This document shows positions 1 through 12,349 of a stretch of DNA of 64,000 bases, piece after piece (the stretch's first letter is position 1; each line of letters begins with the position of its first letter). The notes under the pieces are model-generated. The model saw only the letters and a list, made by a program, of their open reading frames with translations. It was not told the DNA's origin and searched no databases. The stretch lies in assembly GCF_009914755.1 (NCBI RefSeq), contig NC_060927.1. One strand, written 5' to 3'. The translations under genes and the position numbers were made by a program. This stretch comes from the human T2T-CHM13v2.0 reference genome, Homo sapiens.

Positions 1-922
1 AAAAATGGATCTGGTGCTACTTCACCTCTCCAAGTTGTTTCTATGGTTACCAAGATAAGGAAGAAAATGCAAAGAGGTCAAAAAGAGAACAAAAGTCCTG
101 CAATTCTGTAGGGACTTTCTCCGCCACTGAGCTTGGCAAAGAGTTCATATCTAATCTAAGTTCAACACTGCACTAGCAAACAAGAGCTGGAGCCAAAGTT
201 ATGAGTTCATGATTATAATGAGGTCTAACAGGTGAATGTCACATGGCAAGAGAAAAATGCTGCCATAAGACAATTGCAGTGTTTAGGTTCCATAAACTGT
301 GAACTTCATTTAGGGCAGACACAAAAAACATAATTGTTTTTAACAAGCTACAACCTTAATTTTGTTTTCAGAATGACATATGTAACTGTTTTTATGGCTC
401 CATATTTAGAAATATACCAATTTGGGCCCAAGTTAATACATTTCTTCAAAAGTTGTCATGAAACCTGTAATTGTTAAATAGAAAGAATTCATGTAATCTG
501 TTTCATTAAACTACCAACTCCATTCCTTGAGGATACAGAGCCTGGGATTAATTGGATTGAATAATTCCTCCTCCTTGCCTGCATGAGTAGGACCTAGCTG
601 TGATAATCCCTCATAGTAATCATGATCAAAGAATCAAAATAACACCAGGAAAATGGTAAAGGAACGTGATCAAGAGAAAAGCAGGACCAACTTCATGACA
701 AGGGAAACCAACACGTATTTAGTCTACATAAATGAATTTTATTTAATCTTCACAAACTTGTGAGCTAGGTAATGATATGCCAGTTTTACAGATACTAGGA
801 CTGAGGTTCAGATAAGTTAATTAACTTGTTCCTGATCATACTACTAGTAAGTGGCAGTTAGGATTTAAAAAGACAAGGGCAATGCTCTTACAAAGCATAT
901 AGGGATTGTAATACAAAGTGTT

Positions 923-1283
923 GGCCGGGCACGGTGGCTCACGCCTGTAATCCCAGCACTTCGGGAGGCCGGGGAGGGTGGATCACGAGGTCAGGAGTTC
1001 AAGACCAGCCTGGCCAAGGTGGCGAAACCCTGTCTTTACTAAAAATACAAAAATTAGCCAGGTGTGGTGGTAGGCACCTGTAATCCTAGCTACTCAGAAG
1101 GCTGAGGCAGAGAATTGCTTGAACCCGGGAGGCAGAGGTTGCAGTGAGCCGAGATCACGCCACTGCACTCCGGCCTATAGTCCCAGTCCCTGTAGCTGGG
1201 ACTACAGGAGCATGCCACTTCACGCAGTTTATTTTCTACTATCTTATCAATAGAGCGAGACTCCATCCAAAAAAAAAAAAAAA
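923..1283 (+). mobile_element. AluS element interrupted by a templated insertion near its 3' end
   Basis: GGCCGGGCACGGTGGCTCACGCCTGTAATCCCAGCAC start, both arms and an A-tail; non-Alu-orientation sequence at ~1177-1251. Confidence 0.95.
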
Positions 1284-1431
1284 CAGAAATGTTACATGGG
1301 ACTTTGGAAAGTATTAACAGCAATCTCTCCTGTGTACCATCAACTCGCATCACTGGCCTCCTTTCTGAGGCACTGGTTCTTAGTTCCAGGCCATCCTGAC
1401 TAGAATGACTCCAACTGTGAAATCCATCACA

Positions 1432-1794
<363 letters not shown>

Positions 1795-2536
1795 TCAGCT
1801 TCACTCCTACAGGCTTCTCCCATGGGGATGATGCTCATCTGCTCCCCTGAGCTCCCCATGATGAAAAGCAAGCCCTGGATGCCCACATGAGCACCAAGGA
1901 GCCACTATTTCTATCTAAAATTTTAGACTGAAATTTCACTAAAAATGACCGGGTTCATAGCTGGCCCTTGGTGCCTGGTTGTACCCCCTTCCTGAATCTC
2001 TGTGGGATTGGAGCCCAGCTCTGAACCCCAGGAAGCTGGCTGGGGACCGCACTGTCTCCTGGGTACTGCTGGCCCCGTTTCCAGAGCTGGACTATGGTAT
2101 GTCTCATCCCATCATGAACACACCTCTCTGGTTTACAATCTAGTCCCCACAGCATCCAAAACTACTGCTGCCTGCTCTGTCCCTTCAAATTGGATTCCAT
2201 TCGGCCACTGACCCCTGCATAAAACAAACGGTCTTTGTTGTATGCCATCACCCTCCAACCTCAGCAAGGTATTGTCGAGCTGTTATGTTTTCCAAACCAC
2301 CACAGGTACACCCTAGTCAGCATATCATTAGCCAGTAAGTCTCAAATCTGTCTCAGCTCAAAATTGCTCCTGTTTTCTTCCAGAAATGCCATTCATCCAG
2401 AATGCCATTCTGTGAGAGAAGAAGGGAGAGTGAGGGGCAGAAATCTTTTAATGAAAATGAAATGTACCTACCCTAGCCTCTCTTGATTTAAACTTTTTAT
2501 ATGTAAATTTTACATGTATAATTAGAACAGTTTTAA

Positions 2537-3072
<536 letters not shown>

Positions 3073-3144
3073 TAGTTCCAGCATGCATTCTCTTTATGAT
3101 TGAGCAAGTAGGCATAAAGGAGCTGCTTGTAAGGTAACAGTGGC

Positions 3145-3277
3145 TTCTTTTCCTTCCTTCCTTCCCTCCTTCCTTCTTTCCTTCCTTGTTTCTTTCCTTC
3201 CTTCCATCCTTATTTCCTTCCCTCCCTCCTTCCTTCCTTTCATCCTTATTTCCTTCCCTCCCTCCTTCCTTCCTTTC
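3145..3277. repeat. (TTCC/CTCC)n pyrimidine simple repeat with a repeated 28-nt subunit
   Basis: Direct reading: CATCCTTATTTCCTTCCCTCCCTCCTTCC occurs twice. Confidence 0.9.
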
Positions 3278-4323
3278 ATATAACCACATTTCTCTTCCGG
3301 AAAGATCGAACTCTTAAATATGACCTCTCAGGCTTGGCTCCCAAGTAAAACCAATTCAGAGAAGGGATAAAATAGAAGAGCTTGGAGTTAATTATTTTGA
3401 GAAATCCTTAATTGCATTAGTGTGTGAAAAACCAATAGAGAAATGAATCACTATCAGAGATCTGCCACTGGAGTCAGAAGCAGACATTATTGATCTAAGA
3501 TAAGCGAAAAAGGGTTGTGACTCCATTTTGGACACGCATATTTTTATTCAGCATTAATTTTGCTCAGAAACCCACCCTTCAAAGACTCTGCAAAGGCCAG
3601 AAAGAGAAAAAATGAAATTGCCTAGGAAAACATGAGTTCCTCATAGATATTAAAGTAGAATCCTTATCAATTTTACAACTAGGTAGAGAAGGCCAAGCAG
3701 CAAGAAAAAAAAAAAAAGTAGAATAGGTATTTCTTTTGTGTTGGTGCAACGTGGAGCTTGCCTTAGGTGAAGGTCCGAAAGAAAAAAATCTGTCTGTGAT
3801 ACCCTACCAAAATATATTTTTGTATTAAAACTAGTTTCTGGATGTCTTCCTGACTCTCCTACAGATTTAGACACCACTTCTTTGTACCCATTGCGCTTGG
3901 TACATGCCTCCAATATAGCAGGTATTATAGTGTCACGGTTTTAGCTTGTCTGGCTCCCAACTAAGCTACATGGGGTCAGGGACTATTTGCTGTGCCTAGC
4001 ATAGGGTCTGCCAATGTGTACTAAATTCATAAATAATTTTATTTCATGAAATAGTAGAAGGTCTGCCTTTCTATCAATGGAATTATATTGTAAAAAATGG
4101 TGATGACAAAACTTAAGCCTATTTCCTTTAGCCTTTTGTCCAAGACAAAATCAAACATAGCAGGTAGGACCATCTGCTCATGATTTTTGGAAGCACGTTA
4201 CTTCAGGAATTGATTCATAGGAAGAAAAGACCACTTTCCTATAAAGTTATTATATGTCAGTGTTGCAAAATTTAGTGGTAATTTATATGACCTTCTTTCT
4301 ATTTGGGTTTCTTGAAATACATT

Positions 4324-4722
4324 TGTATTGGTCAGAGTTCTCCAGAAAAATAAAACCATAAAATATACTTCTATATCTCTAGAAAGGGATATATTACAAG
4401 GAATTGGCTCATATGATTATGGAGACTGGCAAGTCCAAATCTGCAGGCAGATTTGCAAGCCCACCAGGCAGAGAGGCAAGAGAAGACCCAATGATGTAAA
4501 TGAAGTCTAAAGGTTGTCTTCTGGAGAATTCCCTCTTACAAGGGTCTTTAGCTGGTCTTTACATTCTAGTCTGGTCTTCAACTGATTGGACAAGACCCAC
4601 CCACATTATGGAGGGCAACCTATTTTACTCTACCAATTAAAATGTTAATCTCATTATTCTGGGTGGTCTTTGAGAGTGTTTTTGGATGTTTGACCAGTTG
4701 ACACATAAAATTAACTATCACA
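4324..4722 (-). mobile_element. MLT2-family (ERVL) solo LTR with 5-bp TSD
   Basis: TGTATTGGTCAGAGTTCTCCAGA...GTTGACACATAAAATTAACTATCACA termini; TSD ACATT at 4319-4323 and 4723-4727. Confidence 0.85.
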
Positions 4723-4839
4723 ACATTCATGTGTCAATGTTTGAATAGGCAAGGTTTGCTGTGTATTGCTGTGCAGAATGAAGGTTCAGAGTAAATCTCA
4801 ATTGAAGAGGATACTGCTAGTTTTGTACAGTTGTAACTA

Positions 4840-5075
4840 ACATGAGCTTTTGCTTCAGAGAGACTGGGGTCTAGGATCTACTATGCCAATCTACTATCTG
4901 TGTGACACTGAGCGAGTTATCTAAAGTTTGTACACTTCAGTTTCCTCTTTTGTACTTGAGGAGTAATAATAGTACATAGTACTTATTCATGGAGTTCTGA
5001 GGATTAACTGCACCTAAAGCACTTAGCTAAGTACTGAGCACATACACAGAAGTCAATAAATGTTAATTGTTGTTA
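4840..5075 (+). mobile_element. MIR SINE
   Basis: TGTGTGACACTGAGCGAGTTA...CAGTTTCCTC...GAGGATTAA...AAAGCACTTAG core. Confidence 0.7.
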
Positions 5076-5499
5076 TAGTTGTTTCTGTATGATTTTTTCC
5101 TCTGACTAAATGCTCTATTCTTCAAGGCAGATTTTTTTTAGCCTCTCTCAATCACACTCTATGCTTAATGCATTATGTGCATTTGATAAGTTTAGCTGCT
5201 CTCAGATTCTATGACTCTACTTTTATGATAAGAATACCAGGGTCAGGGGTATATTTTAATAGCAAAATTTGTCCTTGTGTGTATGTGTGTTTTAAAAAGA
5301 AACCAATGTAAAAAATAGCTCATATGCTACTGAAGGGTGGAGGACGCTAGACAAAATCCATGAAGCAGAAATAAGCTCTAAATAGGCCCTGGTGAAGAAA
5401 GATAAGGACCTTCAAAGGAATAAATAAATTCACAAATGGAAAGATCTGGAGCACACTAACAGCATTCTGCAGGCTTTAGTCACATAACAAAATCGATGT

Positions 5500-6290
5500 G
5501 AGTTCTATTCAAGGAAACTCCAGATTATTTTGAAGCAAACCTAAGATACATCATTTCTTCTATATATATTTTGATATCCATCTATAAAAAGGACTTCCCT
5601 TTTCAAATAGCTACAGTGCCTCCACTCCCCTAAGAATAAAGGAAAATTATTTAATCTTACTAAATATCAAGTGCTCACATTTTCCTTATTGTAACTATAC
5701 AATCATTTAAAAAAAAAGTTTGTCCATATCTAGATACAAATAAGTCTGCCTGTTATTGGTAGATATATACCTTGAAGTTTGTTTGTTTTTTTAATCCATA
5801 AATTTCTCCCTAAATTTTTCTCTTTTTTTCTTGTAATTTTACTGTTGAAGAAAAAGGGTCATAGTCTTACAGAAGTCTCCACTGTCTGAATTTGCTGACA
5901 ATATCTATGGAGACATTAAACATGTTCTTGTAGCCTGAGTATTTTCTATAAATTAAAATCTTAAACTTGATAATTTTTAGATTTTGTTTTTGGTGAAGGA
6001 CAAGATTACCTCATAGGTTTTAGGTGCTTCCATCAGAAGCTACATAGTGTCTGGTTGTCTCCCTGGGATGCTAGCAGCCATATTGAGTAATGTCTACCTA
6101 GTGAGATCCCGATTCTGCTATTCCTTCTTTATTTGTTGGCTATGATGCTGTAAAACATAAACTTTCTCTCATCAACCATTAGGTTACTTTGAGGCACAGG
6201 TCATATTAGGATCAATGGCTGTTGAAACCATACCCTTATTAAAAGTTTGGTAACTAAATTTTATAAATTTGACATTACCTTGTAGAATCA
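5500..6290 (-). mobile_element. Old L1M (L1MC/ME-type) 3' fragment
   Basis: GATTATTTTGAAGCAAACCTAAGATACATCATTT motif typical of old L1M 3' UTRs; boundaries approximate. Confidence 0.5.
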
Positions 6291-6352
6291 GTTACTCACT
6301 GTCAGCTGCTGAATTGTGTCTATAGTCTCTATAATGCACGTTTGTATTATGA

Positions 6353-6751
<399 letters not shown>

Positions 6752-6993
6752 TCAAAATTTTAATCTGTAGCCTAATATTAATTATTTAGTTTACACCAAT
6801 GTCTTATTATTATGGATAAAGATGTAATGGATGGGGGTATTCATGTATCTATGTTTTCATTTATTTTGAATTATTTCAAAGTAGAATTACTAGAACAAAG
6901 GACTTTACTGTATTTATGGCTATTGTTCCTTATCGCCATATTTCTTTTCAAAAGGAATGTATTAATTTACAGTGCCATCAAGGATGAGTACAT

Positions 6994-7293
6994 GGCCAGC
7001 TCCAGTGGCTCACACCTGTAATCCCAGCACTTTGGGAGGCTGAGGCGGGTGGATTGCTTGAGCCCAGGTGTTCAAGACCAGCCTGGCAACATGGCAAAAC
7101 CCCATCTCTACAAAAAATATAAAAATTTGCCCCGCGTGGGGGCATGTGCCTGTAGTCCCAACTGTTCTGGGAGGGTGAGGTGGGAAGATCACTTCATTCT
7201 GGGAGGCGTAGGTTGTAGTGAGCCTAGAGGGTGCCACTGCACTCCAGCCTGGGAGACAGAGTAAGACTCTGTCTCAAAAAAAAAAAAAAAAAA
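6994..7293 (+). mobile_element. AluJ
   Basis: Diverged dimer with GGATTGCTTGAGCCCAGG and an A-tail. Confidence 0.9.
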
Positions 7294-7846
7294 GTACAGA
7301 ATTTCACTTTAACATTGATTGACAATTGTTACAATAAAAAGCTCTACGTTTTTGTTTTTTCGTAGATATAAAATGATATTTCAAAGTTGTTTTCGCTCAC
7401 ATTCCTTTCATTACTGTCAAGAATGAACGTTTTTCCATGTATTTATTTACTAATTATATTTCCTCTTGGATAGAAGAGATATTTTTCTTAAACTATGAAA
7501 AAGCATGTCTGAACAAGGTAACTATATAATGGGAGCAGGACATTTCAGAATCTGGTAAATTTTCAGTTTTCATGAATTGGCTTAGTAGGAAGGTATATAA
7601 ATATTTCTCATTTTAATTTACTTTTTTGTAAAGTTGGACTGAATATACTTTAGCCACAACAGAAGGTTATTCAGAAAATTCCATGAGTGTGCATACCTTA
7701 AATTCTTGTGAAAAAGGATGTACCCAATAATTACATTAGGTATTTTTAAAAGCATAACTTTAAAATACATATTTAGCATTACAGACTAAAAATTAACCCA
7801 AGATTATCCCTGAATCTTCTTACATTTAATTATATCCCCGAATCTG

Positions 7847-8466
7847 TGTCTTAGTCTGTTTGGGCTGCTGTAGCAAGATATATTAAACTGGATTGCTTAT
7901 AAACAACAGAAATGTTTCTTGCATTTCTACAGGCTGGGAAGTCCAAGATCAAGGTGCTAGCAGATTCCCTATCTGGTGAGCATTCACTCTTTCCTTCATA
8001 GATTGTGCCTTCTTGCTGCATCCTTACGTGGTGGAAGGGCAAACAAGCTTCCTCAGGCCTCTTTTATAAAATGCTATAAAATCCTATTTCAAAGTTGTTT
8101 CTGCTTACATTCCTTTGATTACCATCAAGAATGAACATTTTTCCATGTATTTATTTACTAATTATATTTCCTCTTGGGTAGAAGAGATATTTTTGCTGAA
8201 CAAGATAACTATAATGGGAGCAGGACATTTCAGAATCTGGTGAATTCTCAGTTTTCATGAATTGGCTTAGTAGGAAGACATATAAGTATTTCTCATTTTA
8301 ATTTCCTTTTCTGTAAAGTTGAACTGAATATACTTTAACCACAATCCCATTCACTTGGTCATGACTTAATCACCTCCACAAAGGCCCCACCTCTTGATAG
8401 TATCACATTGGATGTTATGTTTCAACAAATACATTTTGGAGAGAGACAAACATTCAGACCATAGCA
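7847..8466 (-). mobile_element. MLT1A-type MaLR solo LTR containing a 260-bp insert
   Basis: TGTCTTAGTCTGTTTGGGCTGC...GGAAGTCCAAGATCAAGGTGC...AAACATTCAGACCATAGCA; interrupted at 8085-8344. Confidence 0.85.
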
Positions 8467-9444
8467 TTTGGAATTGGGAATAACACAACTATTAGCCTCT
8501 ATACATTCCTATTTAGGGGGATAAATGGAGTGAATGTAAATTAAACTTTTTTTTCTTACAAAAAAGCAGTTCTAAAAATCAATTTATTTAGCAAACATTA
8601 ATTATCTCATTGGATTTCTTGAGAATGGGAATGGGGGTAATGTTTTGGGGAGGAAGCTTCCCTGGGGGTTGGAATACATGATGACATTCCCTCTCATTTT
8701 GTTTTTCTGTCAGAAAACCCAGTGGATTTGACAACCAAACCTGTGGCCAATCCAGATATGGGTCAATGGATCCTCCTCCGGGGTGGGGGGTGATTTTCCA
8801 AGCCTAACCAGGGCTCTGGCAGAATCCAGAGGGGCATACGAGAGAAGAAGGGGGTTCTGGGGAAGACATTCACAGAACAGCTAGCCAGACCTGACCCCAG
8901 TCTAGACCTTGCATTGGAGTCAGAGTTCTCATTGGCAAGGAACCAAATTGACTTTAGCTTGTTTAAAACTGACAGAATTCTTGCTTATCTATTTGGAACA
9001 ATTTCTTGGCTTTAGCAATTTTCTTGACCCATAGAGACACAATCACAGTGATAGAAAGCCCAGGTGACAGTGATTTTACAGAACATTTTCTATTTCCCAC
9101 AGATTTTATTTCTAGGAAATTTAATCAGTTATTACCCTAGGATATAGTGGACTTTTCTTCTTTTAATTGGCACCTTAGTGCCCAATTAAACAAGCATGCT
9201 AATTAAAACAGTAATAATAATACAGAATTAACTTTTGACGCTAGTGAATTTATCAAAGGCTTAGGTATTAGGAAACTCTAATATTAAACCTAGCCTGTTA
9301 TTGACACACTGTATTTTCATTATCCCCATTTCTTCTATTTTTGAAACTAATATACAATTGAAAATTAAATCAAAATAATTAATAGCTAAACATTCAACAA
9401 TTGCTCTTATAAATAGTACATAAGGGGAAAAATAGTACACGGAA

Positions 9445-9750
9445 GGTCAGGTGCAGTGGTGGCTCATATCTGTAATCCCAGCACTTTGAGAGGCCAAGGT
9501 GGGCAGATCACTTGAGTGCAGGAGTTGGAGACCAGCCTGGGCAACATGGCAAAGCCCCATCTCCACAAAAAATGCAAAAATTAGCCAGGTGTGGTGATGT
9601 ATGTCTGTAGTCCCAGCTACTAGGAAGGCTGAGGTGGGAGGATCACTTGAGCCCAGGAGGTCAAGGCTGCAGTGGAGCTGAGATCTTACCACTGCACTCC
9701 AGCCTGGACAAAAAAGTGAGAGCTTGTCTCAAAACAAAACAAAACAAAAC
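9445..9750 (+). mobile_element. AluJ
   Basis: Alu dimer with (AAAAC)n tail. Confidence 0.9.
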
Positions 9751-10569
9751 ATATTTCTGTTTTCATATGTCATTCTGTTGGAAGGTTTGCTAAACTGAAC
9801 ATTCTACATCTGATCAACTTCAAAATATTGATGAGACAAGTTTGCTAATCCTGTGATGTTGGAACAGACTCTATAATAAACAGTCATTACTCCAAGTCTT
9901 TCCCAGATAATCCCTTCTGTATTGATGAATGTCAAGGAAACCTTTTCTATTCTAAAATTTTCACACCTAGTGAACAGGGTGTGCTCCAGGTCACACTTCA
10001 GCTGCAGAATGTATTATAAACATGATGGGTATGTATGGGATGACATCCGGAAGTTCACTGTTTCCTTCAGGCTGTGTAGACCTCACTTATTCCATCTCCA
10101 TTGAACTATGTGGTAGCTAATACAGCTCCTAGCACATAGAAGATGTTCATAAATATGTGTTACAATGATGGTTGCACTTGCACAAATATGATGATCTCTC
10201 ACAAGAGGGATGGAGGCATCTTGCCATACTGAGAGTATCTTCTATCTTCCTGACTACTAATACATGACTGGATCATTTCGTCTCAGAATGTGGCCCTAAA
10301 GAAAACAGAACTTCTCACTATTTGGTTGACTTCAAAAAATGATACATAATATTTTATATATTTATGGGGGTACATGTGATATTTTGTTACATGAATGAAT
10401 GAGTAATGATCAAGTCAGGGTATTTGAGGTATCCATAACCTAGAGTATTTATTATTTTTATGTGTAAGAACATTTCAAATCCTCTCTTCTAGCTACTTTG
10501 AAATACACAATACGTTGTTGCTAGCTATGGTCATTCTACTCCACTATGGAACATTAGAACTCATGCCTT

Positions 10570-10620
10570 GGAAAAAATAATAATAATAAATCCTGAATCA
10601 AGGACCAGATTAGGAAAAAA
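10570..10620 (+). other. Short polyadenylated non-L1 insert with degenerate 14-bp TSD
   Basis: AATAAA at 10585-10590, A-tail from 10615; TSD AGAACTCATGCCTT (10556-10569) versus AAAACTTATACCTT (10621-10634). Confidence 0.6.
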
Positions 10621-11350
10621 AAAACTTATACCTTCTATCTAACTATCTATTTGTATCCATTTACCAACTCTGTTCATCCCCCCTCCCACCCACACACCCT
10701 TCCAAGCCTCTGATATCTATTACTCTACTCTCTACCGCCATGAGATCAACTTTTCTCGCTTCCACGTATAAATGAGAACGTGTGATATGTGTCTTTATGT
10801 GCCTGCTTATTTCACTTAACATAATGACCTTCAGTTATATCCATGTTGCTGCTGATTACATGATTTCATTATTTTTATGGCCAAATAGTATTCCACTGTA
10901 TATGTATACATTTTTTAATCCATCCGTCTGCTGATGAACCCTTAGATTGAATTCTTATCTTTGCTATTGTGAATAGTGCTGCAATAAACATGCAAGTGCA
11001 GATATTCCTTTGATATACTGATTTCTTTTCCTTTGGATAAAACCCAGTAGTGGGATTGTTGGATCATATGGTAATCATATTTTTAGTTTTTTGAGACATC
11101 TCCAGACTATTTTCCCTAGTGGCTCTCCTAACTTACATGCCCACCAACCACATATAAGAGTTTCCTTTTCTCCATATCCTTGCCAGCATCTGTTATTTTT
11201 TTGTCTTTTTATTAATAGCCATTCTAACTGGGGTAAGATGGCATCTCATTGTGGGTTTGATTTGCATTTTCCTGCTAATATAAAAAAAGTTGAACACTTT
11301 TTTCATATTCCTGTTGGCCATTTGTGTAGCTTCTTCTGATACCCACTTTC

Positions 11351-11643
11351 AAAAATTTTTCAACTTTTAGGTTCAGGAGGTACATGTGCATATTTGCTAC
11401 ATGGGTATAGTGTATGATGCTGAGGTTTGGGGCATACATAATCCCATCACCCAGGTAGTGAGCATGGTACCCAGCAGGTGATTTTTCAACCCTCATCCCC
11501 TCCCTCTCTCTCCCATCTACTAGTCCCCAGTGTCTGTTGCTCCCAACTTTATGTCCATTTGTATTCAATGTTTAGCTCCCTCTTTTAAGTGAGAACATGT
11601 AGTATTTGGTTTTCTGACCCTGCATTAATTTGCTTAAGATAAT
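11351..11643 (-). mobile_element. 5'-truncated L1PA15/16-type 3' end nested in the L1MA
   Basis: TTTTAGGTTCAGGAGGTACATGTGC...GATGCTGAGGTTTGGG...CCCATCACCCAGGTAGTGAGCAT. Confidence 0.8.
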
Positions 11644-11650
11644 GATTTGA

Positions 11651-11890
<240 letters not shown>

Positions 11891-12130
11891 TAATGAAATT
11901 ATTTATTTTTTACTGTTGTTGTTTGAGTTCCTTGTATATTCTGGGTATTAGTCCCTTATTGGATGAATAGTTTGCAAGTATTTTCTCCCATGCAACAGGT
12001 TGTCTCTTCACTCTGCTGATTGTTTCCTTTGCTGTGCAGAAGCTTTTTAGTTTTATGTAGTCCCATTTGTCTGTTTTTGTTTTTGTTGCCTGAGCTTTTG
12101 AGATCTTAATAATAAAATCCTTGCCTAGGC

Positions 12131-12349
12131 CAGAGGTGTACAATCTTTTGGCTTCCCTGGGCCACATTAAAAGAATTGTCTTGGGCCACACATAAAATAC
12201 ACTAACACTAACAATAGCTGATAAGCTAAAAAAAAAAATCACAAAAAAATCTCATAATCTTTTAAGAAAGCTTCTGAATTTGTGTTAGGCCACATTCAAA
12301 GCTGTCCTGGGCTGCATGTGACCTGCGGACCGTGAGTTGGACAAGTTTG
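12131..12349 (+). mobile_element. MER30 hAT-Charlie MITE nested in L1 ORF2
   Basis: CAGAGGTGTACAATCTTTTGGCTTCCCTGGGCCACATT...GTTGGACAAGTTTG; L1 resumes after it; degenerate 8-bp TSD starting GCCT. Confidence 0.9.
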
